A DNA stretch of 52,563 nt from Planctomycetota bacterium (GCA_026991575.1 JALXBF010000115.1:1-52563); one strand, 5' to 3'; positions 18,152 through 28,012 are shown, counted from the stretch's first letter. The notes: generated by a model from the letters alone, not told the origin. Numbers and translations are program-made.

Positions 18152-19468
18152 TCATCCGTACACGACCAACTTCTCCGTAAACGGAACAGCCATCCCCTCC
18201 TTGGAGCGGTGCCTGATGTACACGGCTCGATCACCTGGCCGACGAACGGAAACGTACATCTCGATGGTCATCTCCTTGGTGCCGGGAGTCAGATCGACCA
18301 CGACCTGACCCTCCGGGACGTTGCTAAGCCACTGATCTCTTAGCCCTTGCTGAGCCTCCACGAGCCGATCAGGGCTATCGAACTCGCAGAACACCCAGCG
18401 AGGTGACCGGGCAATCAAGCCTCTGGAGAAGCGTGCCACAAGGTCCCGAATCTCCTCGGCCTTCTGCCTCATGTTCTGCGTGTACAGCAGCAGCACCCGG
18501 TCCGGCTGTGTGGCGACGACGCTATAGAAAGCCGAAGCAGCGTTGCCGCTGGCGATCGTGACCAGCGTGTCCGCCGACTGCTGGCCCGTCTGCTGCAGCC
18601 ACTGCTCCCGCAACGCTGCAGCAACGCGGGGCATTACGACCCGCTGATAGTACGCCCTGGCTTTCTCATACTGTCCGGACGAAATCAGACGATCGAAGTA
18701 CTTTTGATGCTCTTGCGGCGGGGCGTCGGCTCGCGGGGCGGGCGGAAAGAGGTCCTTGCACGCCCGGAGCACCTCCCGAAGATCACGGTGCCGGCAGCTT
18801 AGCGAAACGATCTTCAACTCAGCACCCAGTTCTGCGCGCTTCCGCTCCGCTTCTTCTCGATTGAGCTCCGGAACCAGCAGTCGCTCTGCGCCGAGCTCCA
18901 CCGCAAGCTCGACCTTCTGAGGGATTCCCTTCACCGGAAGCACGCCAGACTCAGGGGACCACTCACCCGTGGCAAGACAGCGCAGCGGAGCCTCCAGCGT
19001 ATCCGCAACATCCAACAACGCGATCGCCGCGGGAACCCACCCGGACTCCCATCGCACCAGACTTGCGTCTGTCAGCAGCTCCACCGCCTCTTTCGATACC
19101 CCCTCGGGGGCACATAGGCGCCAGCCAGGCACGTCGAGGCTTCGGCTGACGCGGTCACCGAACGGCAGCACCAGACCGTCATCAGCTGCACCCGCCCGGC
19201 GCCACACAACCGGCAGCGCAATAGCCTGCCGCAGCAGCGGCACCTCCGCCAGCAGCACAAACAGAATCGCAGTGCGCCCTTCCCCGGTTGCTTCGGCCAG
19301 GTCCATCCTGTGGCTGTTGCCAAAGAGTTCATCCAGCCGGCGGAGCGCAGCCGGACACAAGATCCAGACACTCCACGGGCCGAAGGCTCGGGCAACCTGC
19401 GTTAACCGGCCCGGGGTCAACGCATCCAGTTCGGTATCGACTAGACGCAAGAGATCCGATCGAGTCAT
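18152..19468 (-). CDS. Lon-type (S16) protease domain fused to a C-terminal CARF-like domain, no AAA+ module (copy 1)
   Basis: WESGWVPAAIALL...LATGEW...GVLPVKGIPQKVELA..LGAERLLVPELN. Ser codon 19043-19045 and Lys codon 18914-18916 are 43 residues apart. The C-terminal ~140 aa has TLVTIASG..PDRVLLLYT..VVVDLTPGTK..AVYI. Start could be GTG 19540. Confidence 0.8.
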   Translation of the reverse strand: MTRSDLLRLVDTELDALTPGRLTQVARAFGPWSVWILCPAALRRLDELFGNSHRMDLAEATGEGRTAILFVLLAEVPLLRQAIALPVVWRRAGAADDGLVLPFGDRVSRSLDVPGWRLCAPEGVSKEAVELLTDASLVRWESGWVPAAIALLDVADTLEAPLRCLATGEWSPESGVLPVKGIPQKVELAVELGAERLLVPELNREEAERKRAELGAELKIVSLSCRHRDLREVLRACKDLFPPAPRADAPPQEHQKYFDRLISSGQYEKARAYYQRVVMPRVAAALREQWLQQTGQQSADTLVTIASGNAASAFYSVVATQPDRVLLLYTQNMRQKAEEIRDLVARFSRGLIARSPRWVFCEFDSPDRLVEAQQGLRDQWLSNVPEGQVVVDLTPGTKEMTIEMYVSVRRPGDRAVYIRHRSKEGMAVPFTEKLVVYG

Positions 19469-19584
19469 CGGAGTGCTCTTGCTCCGCTTCGATTGTTCCC
19501 CCGTTGTCGCCGGCGACAGCTCTCGTCCTCGAGATACCACTCGCCGGCCACCCCCGTGCGCTTACTGTCGTTACGCCAACAGTG

Positions 19585-20757
19585 TCAGCCTGTCGATTCA
19601 GGCCTCTCGTCCTGTTCGACCACACGCTGGGCTTCGCGCAGGGCGTCCAGGTCCGGCGGCCACTCCAGCGGCTCTGTTCCCGGTATGCTCACCTCAAGCC
19701 GCACCGGGGTGTCTTCAGCCAGTTGCCGGCGAAGTTCACGGACTGAGAACGAACAACGGCCTGATTCGTCGATGGTGGTCGTGACGCCGGCCAGTCGAAC
19801 CAGGCCCCCGGCCAGTTCCGTCGCCTCACTGCCGTCCGAATGGCGCACGAACAGCATTCGGATCTCGTCTTCGTCGCTCAGCGGATAACGGATTCTGCTC
19901 TCGGCACGGTACCGCCGCTGTGGATCGTGCCAGACGAGCCAGACCGGGATCCCGGTTCCGCGAGCAGCGGCTCGCACGGTGATGAGACCTGGCGGAAAAC
20001 GGGGATACTCCGGCTCGGGCCGTGGGGGCTCCATTGCGTAGACTACCGCTTCCGCCTCTGCGGCGGTGGCAGCGGCTGCCGTGAGCCGAGCGGTTAGCTG
20101 CTGCAGATCGCGTTCAACGTCACGTGCCAGGGCCTCGGCTGCTTCATCCAGGCCCGGCCCCAGCCACCACGGGGTCTCGTGGGCGTACTCGGGCACGATC
20201 GCGTCGCGCCAGCGCTTCAGCAGCGGGTTGCCGCGAACGGTGCACAAAACGTCGACCTGCTCACGCAGCGCTCGGTCGTACTCATTGAGCGCATCAGTCA
20301 GGCGCCCGACCAGCCCCAGGAACTCCTCATCGGTCACTTCCCCTGCGTCGACCGCCTCAAGCAGTCTGTGTGTCAGCCCGGTATAGACCGCCTGGGCTTC
20401 CATGCGGTTGACGAGCGCGTCCAGACAGAGCTGTTCGCGCCGGGTGAAGTCCTCTTCCGCATCCCACTGCTGGCCGAGCTTACGGGCCTGGTCGGCAAAC
20501 GCCAGAAAGGCTTCGGTGGCTTGGGCCGTACCTAGTCGAACCAGGTGCAACGGGATCTGGCCAGGCAGCTGGTCCTGGGCAACCCCGAACAGAAGACACT
20601 CGCCCAGTGCTCGGGCCGCCGTGTAAGCGACGCGACGAGCCTCTGCGTCGTCCGTGGTCGGTTCGGTCACGGCCTGGTGTCGGAGTGCCTCAGCCAGTTC
20701 CCGTAACGGGGAAGCCGTCAATTGTTCACGCAGTCGCTGGATCTCTTCTGTGTTCAT
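19585..20757 (-). CDS. Uncharacterised protein, putative anti-sigma factor/protease substrate (copy 1)
   Basis: Long ORF with GGAG RBS lying between the sigma-like and Lon-CARF genes. Its C-terminal domain is visibly homologous to that of 50959-52140. Function is inferred from context only. Confidence 0.6.
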   Translation of the reverse strand: MNTEEIQRLREQLTASPLRELAEALRHQAVTEPTTDDAEARRVAYTAARALGECLLFGVAQDQLPGQIPLHLVRLGTAQATEAFLAFADQARKLGQQWDAEEDFTRREQLCLDALVNRMEAQAVYTGLTHRLLEAVDAGEVTDEEFLGLVGRLTDALNEYDRALREQVDVLCTVRGNPLLKRWRDAIVPEYAHETPWWLGPGLDEAAEALARDVERDLQQLTARLTAAAATAAEAEAVVYAMEPPRPEPEYPRFPPGLITVRAAARGTGIPVWLVWHDPQRRYRAESRIRYPLSDEDEIRMLFVRHSDGSEATELAGGLVRLAGVTTTIDESGRCSFSVRELRRQLAEDTPVRLEVSIPGTEPLEWPPDLDALREAQRVVEQDERPESTG

Positions 20758-21023
20758 GGCTGCTCCGGCGGAAAATCCGCGTTTCCAAGACAAACCGTTC
20801 CAAACCAACCGGTCGGGGTCAGTTCAGCCACTGCCTCTGCCTGCATTTGTTACGACCCAGGGCGCAGACTCCTGACAGGAACCAGCCGCCACGTCTGCCG
20901 GGAGTCGCCGGCGGAGCCGGTCGCTTCCGGTCCTTGCCAGCCTGCCGGTACCATGGGCGGCGGCATGTGCACGTCGTGCTTCCGTCACGATGGCTGCCTC
21001 TGGGGTAACGTGACCGGTGCGCG

Positions 21024-21791
21024 TCAGCCGCGCAAGTTCTCGCGGAGTTCCTGAATCGCTTTAAGCTGCAGGAGATATCGCTTCTTCCGGCTCCACACGG
21101 CGTGCACCACAGCGGGGGAAACGCCTAGTTCCTGAGCCAGCGCCGTAGCGCGTCCGTGTTCCCACCCGGGATGGTCCAGATGAGGGGGTGGAAAGGATGC
21201 CGGGAGCTTGGCTTCGCTGCACCACTGGGCCCACACGACCGCTGGCACCTTGCGGTGCATTCCGGCCAGCACAAGCAGGATGATCCGGTCGCGTACCGGG
21301 ACCGACGCGAGAACTTCCAGGTCGTGCTGGCAAAACGGCTCGTTGCGTGCGGCGGTTTCGGCCGGTCCTGGAGCCGGGTCGTGCGGATCAAGGTGCGGGG
21401 CAGAACCGCCGTCATCGTGTTTGCGACCACCGCCGGTTGCAAGCTGCTCCCAGGACAGCTCTCGTCTTCTTTTCTTGACGAGATCGAGCAGGGCATTCTT
21501 CAGCACCCGGCGCGCCCAACCGACGAAGGGACTGCCGGCGCTGGGATTGTACGCTCCCTGCAGTACCTTCACCATCGCGTCCTGAACAACGTCCTCAAGC
21601 GTGGCGTCGTCGAAGCGGTTGCCGAAATGCAGTGCGTTCAGCATTCGCGACACCTGCATGAGCGCGTCGCGTACCCGGAGCGCAGCCGCGTCCTCTTGAT
21701 GCGGTGAAGCAGTTGGGTTGAGCAAAGTGGATACGGCAGCGTGTAACGCCGTTTGCTGCCCGGATGTCTGTTGCCCTTGACCCGCTGCCAT
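21024..21791 (-). CDS. ECF-like sigma-70 family sigma factor (copy 1)
   Basis: Region 2: LEDVVQDAMVKVL..YNPSAGSPFVGWARRVLKNALLDLVKKRRR. Region 4-like: LASVPVRDRIILL and ALAQELGVSPAVVHAVWSRKKRYL. Start could be GTG 21803. Confidence 0.8.
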   Translation of the reverse strand: MAAGQGQQTSGQQTALHAAVSTLLNPTASPHQEDAAALRVRDALMQVSRMLNALHFGNRFDDATLEDVVQDAMVKVLQGAYNPSAGSPFVGWARRVLKNALLDLVKKRRRELSWEQLATGGGRKHDDGGSAPHLDPHDPAPGPAETAARNEPFCQHDLEVLASVPVRDRIILLVLAGMHRKVPAVVWAQWCSEAKLPASFPPPHLDHPGWEHGRATALAQELGVSPAVVHAVWSRKKRYLLQLKAIQELRENLRG

Positions 21792-21996
21792 TGGAACTCC
21801 CACGTTCTCTCAGCGCAACCGTCCGCATCAGTGAGTACAAGCCGGGGGTTCAGCGTGCCACCACAGAGGCTGGCCACGCGATCGGCTGCCCTGTCGCGGC
21901 CGACAGCAACAGCAGGCCGTTCCCGGGTGCCCGACTGCCTGTCTCGCGGGCGTGACGCGTTCGGGTTTGCTTGCCCCGCGACCGAAGGCGCCCGCT

Positions 21997-22005
21997 AGTG
22001 TAGCA
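21997..22005 (-). promoter_or_regulatory. Possible extended -10 promoter element upstream of the sigma/partner/Lon-CARF unit
   Basis: TGCTACACT (TGn + TAnnnT) on the minus strand about 200 nt upstream of the sigma gene; motif match only. Confidence 0.25.
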
Positions 22006-22618
22006 GCGCGCACCTGCTGGAGACAGATGCCGGCCGTTCCCCGCCCCGGTTAGTCCGGACCCAACCGGGCACCGTACTTCGGCCGAGCGCGGAACGCGAA
22101 GGATCGGCCCCGGCGCGCGTCGAAGCACCGTGTGCCAGGGCCGGCTCCACGCAGCGCGCCCTGGAGGCTCGGGATTGTGGAGTGTGCCGGCTCCGTGAGA
22201 CTCTGCAGCGTCGTGCCGTGACGAGGGGCCGTCAGAGGCTGGCAGTGGGGGCCTTGCGATGCACTCCGCCCAAAGGCAGGCGCCTTTCTGAGGCTGCCAA
22301 TGCATGCCCCAGGTTGCTCGGCCCTCGGTACATGACACGGACGAAGCGGCGAGAGCACTCCAACGCAACGAGCGTGCCAGGTCAGGTCAACGTGGCGCGG
22401 CGACACTCGCGCGAGACTCATCTACAAGGCCAGCCAACCGGCCGGCAGTCGGGACACCGCACGGATGAGTCGGGCCGTCTGCAACCCCCGGGATCCGAAC
22501 CAGGGGTCACGACGTGTCCTGTTCGTTGACCGTATGCTGCGGGTGCCGGTATACTTGCGATCCGTAACCCGGTGCCCCAGGAGGATGCCGGGGGTCATCA
22601 CCAAGAAAGGAGCACGGC

Positions 22619-23557
22619 ATGGCAGACCGAAAGCGTGAGCTCGACAGCAACCAGCTGGCTGTCTGGCTGAGCCGCGTCATCACGCAGTACGGTACGGCAC
22701 TGAAGATCGGCGGTGCTGTGCTGGGCGTGCTTGCCCTTGCGTACCTGATCTTCCAGCTCATGGCGGCCACCGAGAGGCACCGGCTCGCGAAGAGCTGGGA
22801 AGAGTACCTCGTGGCTACCGGTCCGGAGGACTACGAGAAGATCATCAACGAGTATAAGGGGTACCGAGTTGAGCTGTGGGCGATGCTCGACCTGGCCGAC
22901 ACCTACTACAGCGAGGCACTCGGTTCCTTCACTTATAGACGCGATGAGGCGCTGACGCGAATCAAGCAAGCGCTGGAGCTGTACCAGAGAGCAGCTCGTG
23001 AAGCGGAACGTTTCCCCGATATTGCCCAACAGGTCAAGTCCCGGGCGTTATTGGGTGCCGCACAGTGCCACGAAAGTCTGGGACAGCGCGACAAGGCTCT
23101 GGAGCTGTATCGCCGGCTAGCGGAGGAATTCCCGAACACTTGGGTTGCTGAGCGCGCCCAGCAGAAGATCGATCAGCTCAGCTCGCCCGGCGCAGCGGAC
23201 TTCTACGCCCAGCTGAATAAGCTGCAGCTTGCCGCACCCAAGGCCGACAGCAGTGAATCGCTGCTACCCCCGGTGCCCGGCACCGAAGGCAACCGGTCTC
23301 AGGGCGGCGAGAAGTCAAGCCCGCAGCCGACGCGGGCCGGCGAAGAACGTGGCCAAGAGCCCGACCAAGCCGAAGCGCGCCAGCCGAAGGACCGGCCGCA
23401 GGAAAAAGTGCCGTCGAAGACATCGCCGTCATCGCAGAAGAAGCCAGATCAGCCCGACGCCCACGGCCGCCGGTCTGCCACCGGGGATGAGTCGCAGGCT
23501 GAGCCCGAGAAGAAGACCGGGGAGAGCCAGGCTGGAAGCCAGGACCAAGAAGACTAG
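22619..23557 (+). CDS. Membrane-anchored tetratricopeptide-repeat protein (YfgM-like) with a low-complexity tail
   Basis: One N-terminal TM helix; TPR-like ALLGAAQCHESLGQRDKALELYRRLAEEFP; AAGGAG RBS. Confidence 0.78.
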   Translation: MADRKRELDSNQLAVWLSRVITQYGTALKIGGAVLGVLALAYLIFQLMAATERHRLAKSWEEYLVATGPEDYEKIINEYKGYRVELWAMLDLADTYYSEALGSFTYRRDEALTRIKQALELYQRAAREAERFPDIAQQVKSRALLGAAQCHESLGQRDKALELYRRLAEEFPNTWVAERAQQKIDQLSSPGAADFYAQLNKLQLAAPKADSSESLLPPVPGTEGNRSQGGEKSSPQPTRAGEERGQEPDQAEARQPKDRPQEKVPSKTSPSSQKKPDQPDAHGRRSATGDESQAEPEKKTGESQAGSQDQED

Positions 23558-24160
23558 TTTCTGCGGGCGCGACACGGCAGAGCCCGGCCTTGCAGTGGAG
23601 GACTTCTCCCCAGCGTCGGTCGGACGCACCCCTGTTTGCGGACGCAGCCACGGCGTCGGGTGCCACGCCCCGCATCGGGGGGCATTGCCTTTGCCGCCGA
23701 TGCCATGTCGCGTAGTCGAAGAGCCCTCGGAGAACGCGGCGGCCTGTTTGGTGCGGCATGGCCCGACCACGCCGCGCGTGCCACGCACAGGCCGCGTCCG
23801 CCCGCGGCACAGCACAAAGGAACGAACTCTTCTGGGATCAGCGGCGCTGGCCAGTGAACCTGGCCGGGCGGAAGCGCAAGCCCCGCTGGAAGCCTCATCA
23901 GGGCAGGCCATCGCGCGAAGCGACTTCCCCACCCCCATGGGGGCCGATCGCCGGGACCGACATCGCGCAGGACACCCCCAAGGACCTCGCGCAGCGGCCT
24001 CCCCCCGCCGATGCCACGGAGAGTGAATTGGCCCGAGCTGCGGGACGACTCCGGTTGGCTTTCGCATGCGTGCAGGCTTCGCTATACTCGCTGTAGCTGC
24101 CTGATTGCGATGCTTCGGACTGGAACGTATGTTCAGACCGCTCCCTGGAGGCATCCGACC

Positions 24161-24961
24161 ATGAACCGACGCGAATTCCTGGGCGCGGCAGCAGCAGCTG
24201 CACTTGCGGCCGGATCAGCTCGCTCTGCCGAGCGGGAGATCAACGTCCTGGTCTGGGACGAGCAACAGGATCGCCAGGTTAAGAGCGGCGCCTACGACAA
24301 CTACCTCGGCAATGCGATCGCCGCGTTCCTGAGTAAGGTTCCGGGGCTGCGGGTTGTGAGCGCCAACATCAACGAGCCGCAGCAGGGCTTGTCGGCTGAG
24401 CGGATTGAGGCCGCCGACGTCATCCTCTGGTGGGGCCATGTCCGGCATGGCGACGTGGACGATTCCCGCGTCGAGTCCATCGTATCCCGGGTCAAGCGGG
24501 GACAGGCTGCCTTTGTGGCCCTGCATTCGGCGCACTACTCCAAGCCGTTCAAGCGGCTGCTTGGCACACGCTGCGGCTTCGCCTACGTGGACTCCAACCG
24601 CGGCCGCGGCTACCGCGAGCGGCTGGTCATCACGAATCCCAACCATCCGATCACACGCGGGCTGAAACCGTTCGAAATACCGCGCACGGAGATCTATGCA
24701 GAACCGTTCGAAGTGCCCTATCCGGACAAAGTTCTTCTTTACGGCTATTGGGACAACGGTCATAGCTTTCCTGACGTGTGCTACTGGTCGGTCGGCCCAT
24801 CTGGGGTTGCGACGCTGGCGAAGCAGCGGGTACGCCAGCCGGGCAAAGTCATCTACTTCCGGCCCGGACACGAGACGTTCCCGATTTTCCACCAGCGCGA
24901 AGTGCAGCAGTTGCTCACCAGGATTGTGCTCTGGGCAGGTCAACAGGTGAAGAAGGCCTAG
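24161..24961 (+). CDS. ThuA (trehalose utilisation/class I GATase-like) domain protein, Tat-exported
   Basis: MNRREFLG Tat signal, VLVWDE, DVILWWGHVRH, LHSAHYSKPF, YFRPGHET; GGAGG RBS. Confidence 0.88.
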   Translation: MNRREFLGAAAAAALAAGSARSAEREINVLVWDEQQDRQVKSGAYDNYLGNAIAAFLSKVPGLRVVSANINEPQQGLSAERIEAADVILWWGHVRHGDVDDSRVESIVSRVKRGQAAFVALHSAHYSKPFKRLLGTRCGFAYVDSNRGRGYRERLVITNPNHPITRGLKPFEIPRTEIYAEPFEVPYPDKVLLYGYWDNGHSFPDVCYWSVGPSGVATLAKQRVRQPGKVIYFRPGHETFPIFHQREVQQLLTRIVLWAGQQVKKA

Positions 24962-25069
24962 CCGTTGCCAGCGTAGCGGGCTGCTCTCTGTGTGGGGGGG
25001 CGGTCGGCCAGGGCCCGGCCCCCCCTTCGGCTGCGCTCCGTTGGCTGCAACGGGGGCAGCGGCGCAGCG

Positions 25070-28012
25070 TCAATCGTTAGGCTGCGGGTTCGTGCGCACG
25101 CGCAGCAGGAAGGCCAGCAGGTCAGCAAGCTCTTGAGGCGTCAGCTTCTCACCGAAGCCCGTCGGCATCAGGGATATGCCCAGCGGTTGGATCTGCTCGA
25201 TGTCGGCCCGCTGGATTAGCTCGCGGCTTCCGTCCTGAAGCACCAATTGGATCGACTCGCCCGACTCGTGCTCAATCGCGCCGGCGAGCGATCGGCCGTC
25301 GCGGAGCAGGACGCTGTACTGCACGAATTCGGGGGCGATCTCGCGGTTCGGGTCCAGAATGTGCATGAGAACCTCAGCTGGTCCTCTCCGCCGCACGGAC
25401 GCCAGATCCGGTGCGATCGGCTGGCCGATGCCTTCCAGCCGATGGCACGCGGAGCACTCGCGGCGAAAGAGCTCACGGCCCCGACGCACGTCGCCGTTCA
25501 GCCTCAGCACTTTCGCAACCACGCGCTGGACTTCAGCGGAGGAGACGTTTGTCGCGCCGAGCGACCCGAAGAGCCGTTTGGCCCGGTGTGCGATGGCCTC
25601 GGAGGGATGCTGTGTGAGAAGCCAGCGGCGCTGAGCGGGCACTGCCTGCACAGGTAGCCGCCCGGTTTCAACCGCGTCGAACACCAACTCGATCCACGTT
25701 GTGCGTCGCAGCAGTTGCAGGATCACAGCGGTGCGTAGCGGGCCGTTTACGTCGTGCCACAGCGCGAGCAGATCCTCACCAGCCACACGATCAGCGAACG
25801 TTCCAATCGTGCGCACGGCTGGCCCGGCCAGATCAGGGTCGCCGCACCGGGCCAGTTCCAGGAGCATGCGCCGCGCCTCGGTGTAGGTGGCCACTGTGCG
25901 CAGCGCGTCCAGGGCCCTGGCCAGCTCCGCTGGCTCCGTCGCGCGGCGCACGGCATCTAGAGTGAGCCGTACCAGGCGCTTGCGCTCCGCTTGGAGCTCC
26001 GGATCGTTCAGGACCCCCCTGCGACGCAGCTCGCCCATGGCGGCCGTGGCCAGCAGCAAGCGCAGCGGCTCGGGCATGCCAGCAAGCCCTTGCAGAAGCG
26101 ACGCTGCCTGCTGGGGCGTCGCTTCGCGCGCAGCCGTGGCGACCAGCAGCTCTAGCAGCTCACGGTACTCAGGCAGCACGCTACGTGGCGCGAGCTGACG
26201 AAGCACGCCGTTATAGAGCTGCATCGCGCGGCCAGCCGCAGACGAAGCAATCGCTGTCGCGAACCAGCGGTCTCTGCCGTCGGCGACCGCTAGTTGAATC
26301 AGCGCATCAGTCGCGCGTGGTTCCTGAGTGAGCTCTCCCAAGACCAACGCCAGCCGGAAGCGGACGCGGACGGCGGGATCGCGGGCCAGCCGTAGCAGAG
26401 CTGCCTGCACGGGGGCCCGATCCAGGTAGGCCTCGGCCACGCGCACGGCCTGCTCACGCACGTGCCGGTCCGGGTCTTGCAGTGCCCTGCCTAGCTCGAT
26501 TTCGCTCAGTCCGCCCAGGCGGTGCAGCGCCCAGAGGGCGAGCAGTCGGCCGCGTGGCGTGCGAGCCGTCCCGACAGCCTGGCGTAGCAGCGGCACCGCT
26601 TCCTGATGCTGACGTTCGATCAGCAACCGATGAGCGGTCTCGGACCACCACGCCGCCGGGTGATCCAGCAACTCGACCAGCCGAGCTGGCGAGGCGCTGC
26701 GGAGCTGCGGCCGTGCCCGAGGGCGAAAGCCGTCCGGTTCCAAACGATAGAGCCGTCCCCGATCCACACCGGAGACCAGGTCCAGTTTGGCCAGTAGCTC
26801 ATCGGGAATCGACCACGGATGCTCGATGACCTCCCGGTACATGTCCACAATGTGCAGCGTTCCGTCCGGCGCGTTGCAGAAGTTGACGGGGCGGAACCAG
26901 TTGTCGGTGCTGGCAACCACTTCACTTGCCTCGTCAATACGCTCGGAACGGAACGTCACACCCGCTTCGATCAGACGCCGACGGTGCACGAGGTTGTTGG
27001 CCACTTCGGCAATGAAGACCTGGTTCCGAAACGACGCCGGATACGCGTCCCCTCGATAGACGGTTATCCCACAAGCCGACGTGAAGAAGCCGATGCCGAC
27101 CAGTTCGCTGCGTGGAATACCCCGCGGATCGACGGCCCACCGGCGTGCGCGCAGCAAGCGCCACGGCTCGGGCTTCGCAATCGGGTAGACCGGCACCTGG
27201 TCCCCCGCCTCGGCCACGTCGGTCATTCCACTCCGAATCGCGGTGATCGGATTCCGCGCCAGGTATCGGTAGTCGATGACGATGTGCAGCACCGGGTTTC
27301 GGATATTGCAGATGAAGCGGTTGCCCCAGTCGTCGAAACAGTTCCCGAATCGTCCAGCCCCAGTCTCCACGCGGAATTGCTCGGTCAGTGGATCGAACGA
27401 AAAGTCCTGACGCCTCAAGCTCAGGGTCCGGCCATTCCAGCGTAAGAGGCCGCCGTTGCCTGAGCCGGCTCCGTAGAAACGGCCGTCAATGGCCCACTTC
27501 AGGTTGTTCGCTACTGCTTGGACGTTGTACGTGCCAAAACCGGTGCAGACTCGGCGGCGAATGTCGGCAATCCGATCGCCGTCGGTGTCCTTCAGGTACC
27601 AGAGGTCTGGGGGGGCAAGCACGTACAACCCACCGCGCCAGACAGCCACGGAAGTCGGCCAGTGCAGGCCGTCGGCAAAGATCTTGCTGCGGTCAAAGAC
27701 ACCGTCGCCGTCTTCGTCCCACAGCACTCGGATGCGCCCCGCCGGCGTGCGGTGGTCGTTGGCCGGATACGGATAGCCACGCATCTCGGCTACGTAAGCC
27801 AAGCCGTTCTCGTCGTAGACCAGGTCAACCGGGTCTGTAACCAGTGGCTCGGCCGCAAGCAACCGCATACGCATCCCGTCTGCTACCCGAAACGTCCGCA
27901 GCGCATCCCGCGGTGCCAACGGCGGAACACGCGGCACCTGCTGGGCAACGGCCACGGACCCAGTTGCCATCGCTGCGATCGCCAGGATCCAGATACGCAC
28001 CATCTGCTCCAT
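25070..28012 (-). CDS. PVC-type heme-binding CxxCH membrane-bound dehydrogenase-like protein
   Basis: LLAAEPLVTDPV, EMRGYP, DxDGDG repeats, WFRPVN..APDG..VDMYR..IEHP, HEAT-like middle, CSACH heme motif, ILDPN, SLMP. Confidence 0.92.
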   Translation of the reverse strand: MEQMVRIWILAIAAMATGSVAVAQQVPRVPPLAPRDALRTFRVADGMRMRLLAAEPLVTDPVDLVYDENGLAYVAEMRGYPYPANDHRTPAGRIRVLWDEDGDGVFDRSKIFADGLHWPTSVAVWRGGLYVLAPPDLWYLKDTDGDRIADIRRRVCTGFGTYNVQAVANNLKWAIDGRFYGAGSGNGGLLRWNGRTLSLRRQDFSFDPLTEQFRVETGAGRFGNCFDDWGNRFICNIRNPVLHIVIDYRYLARNPITAIRSGMTDVAEAGDQVPVYPIAKPEPWRLLRARRWAVDPRGIPRSELVGIGFFTSACGITVYRGDAYPASFRNQVFIAEVANNLVHRRRLIEAGVTFRSERIDEASEVVASTDNWFRPVNFCNAPDGTLHIVDMYREVIEHPWSIPDELLAKLDLVSGVDRGRLYRLEPDGFRPRARPQLRSASPARLVELLDHPAAWWSETAHRLLIERQHQEAVPLLRQAVGTARTPRGRLLALWALHRLGGLSEIELGRALQDPDRHVREQAVRVAEAYLDRAPVQAALLRLARDPAVRVRFRLALVLGELTQEPRATDALIQLAVADGRDRWFATAIASSAAGRAMQLYNGVLRQLAPRSVLPEYRELLELLVATAAREATPQQAASLLQGLAGMPEPLRLLLATAAMGELRRRGVLNDPELQAERKRLVRLTLDAVRRATEPAELARALDALRTVATYTEARRMLLELARCGDPDLAGPAVRTIGTFADRVAGEDLLALWHDVNGPLRTAVILQLLRRTTWIELVFDAVETGRLPVQAVPAQRRWLLTQHPSEAIAHRAKRLFGSLGATNVSSAEVQRVVAKVLRLNGDVRRGRELFRRECSACHRLEGIGQPIAPDLASVRRRGPAEVLMHILDPNREIAPEFVQYSVLLRDGRSLAGAIEHESGESIQLVLQDGSRELIQRADIEQIQPLGISLMPTGFGEKLTPQELADLLAFLLRVRTNPQPND

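Noticed and set aside
18152..19468. Calling the proteases CalpL (Lon-SAVED), housekeeping Lon or RadA
   Set aside because: The sensor region is only ~140 aa with a CARF-type DLTPGxK motif, too short for SAVED, and there are no Walker motifs.
21930..21990. c-di-GMP-I riboswitch-like GCAAACC upstream of the sigma gene
   Set aside because: It lacks the GNRA-capped P2 stem and the downstream GCAAAGC element.
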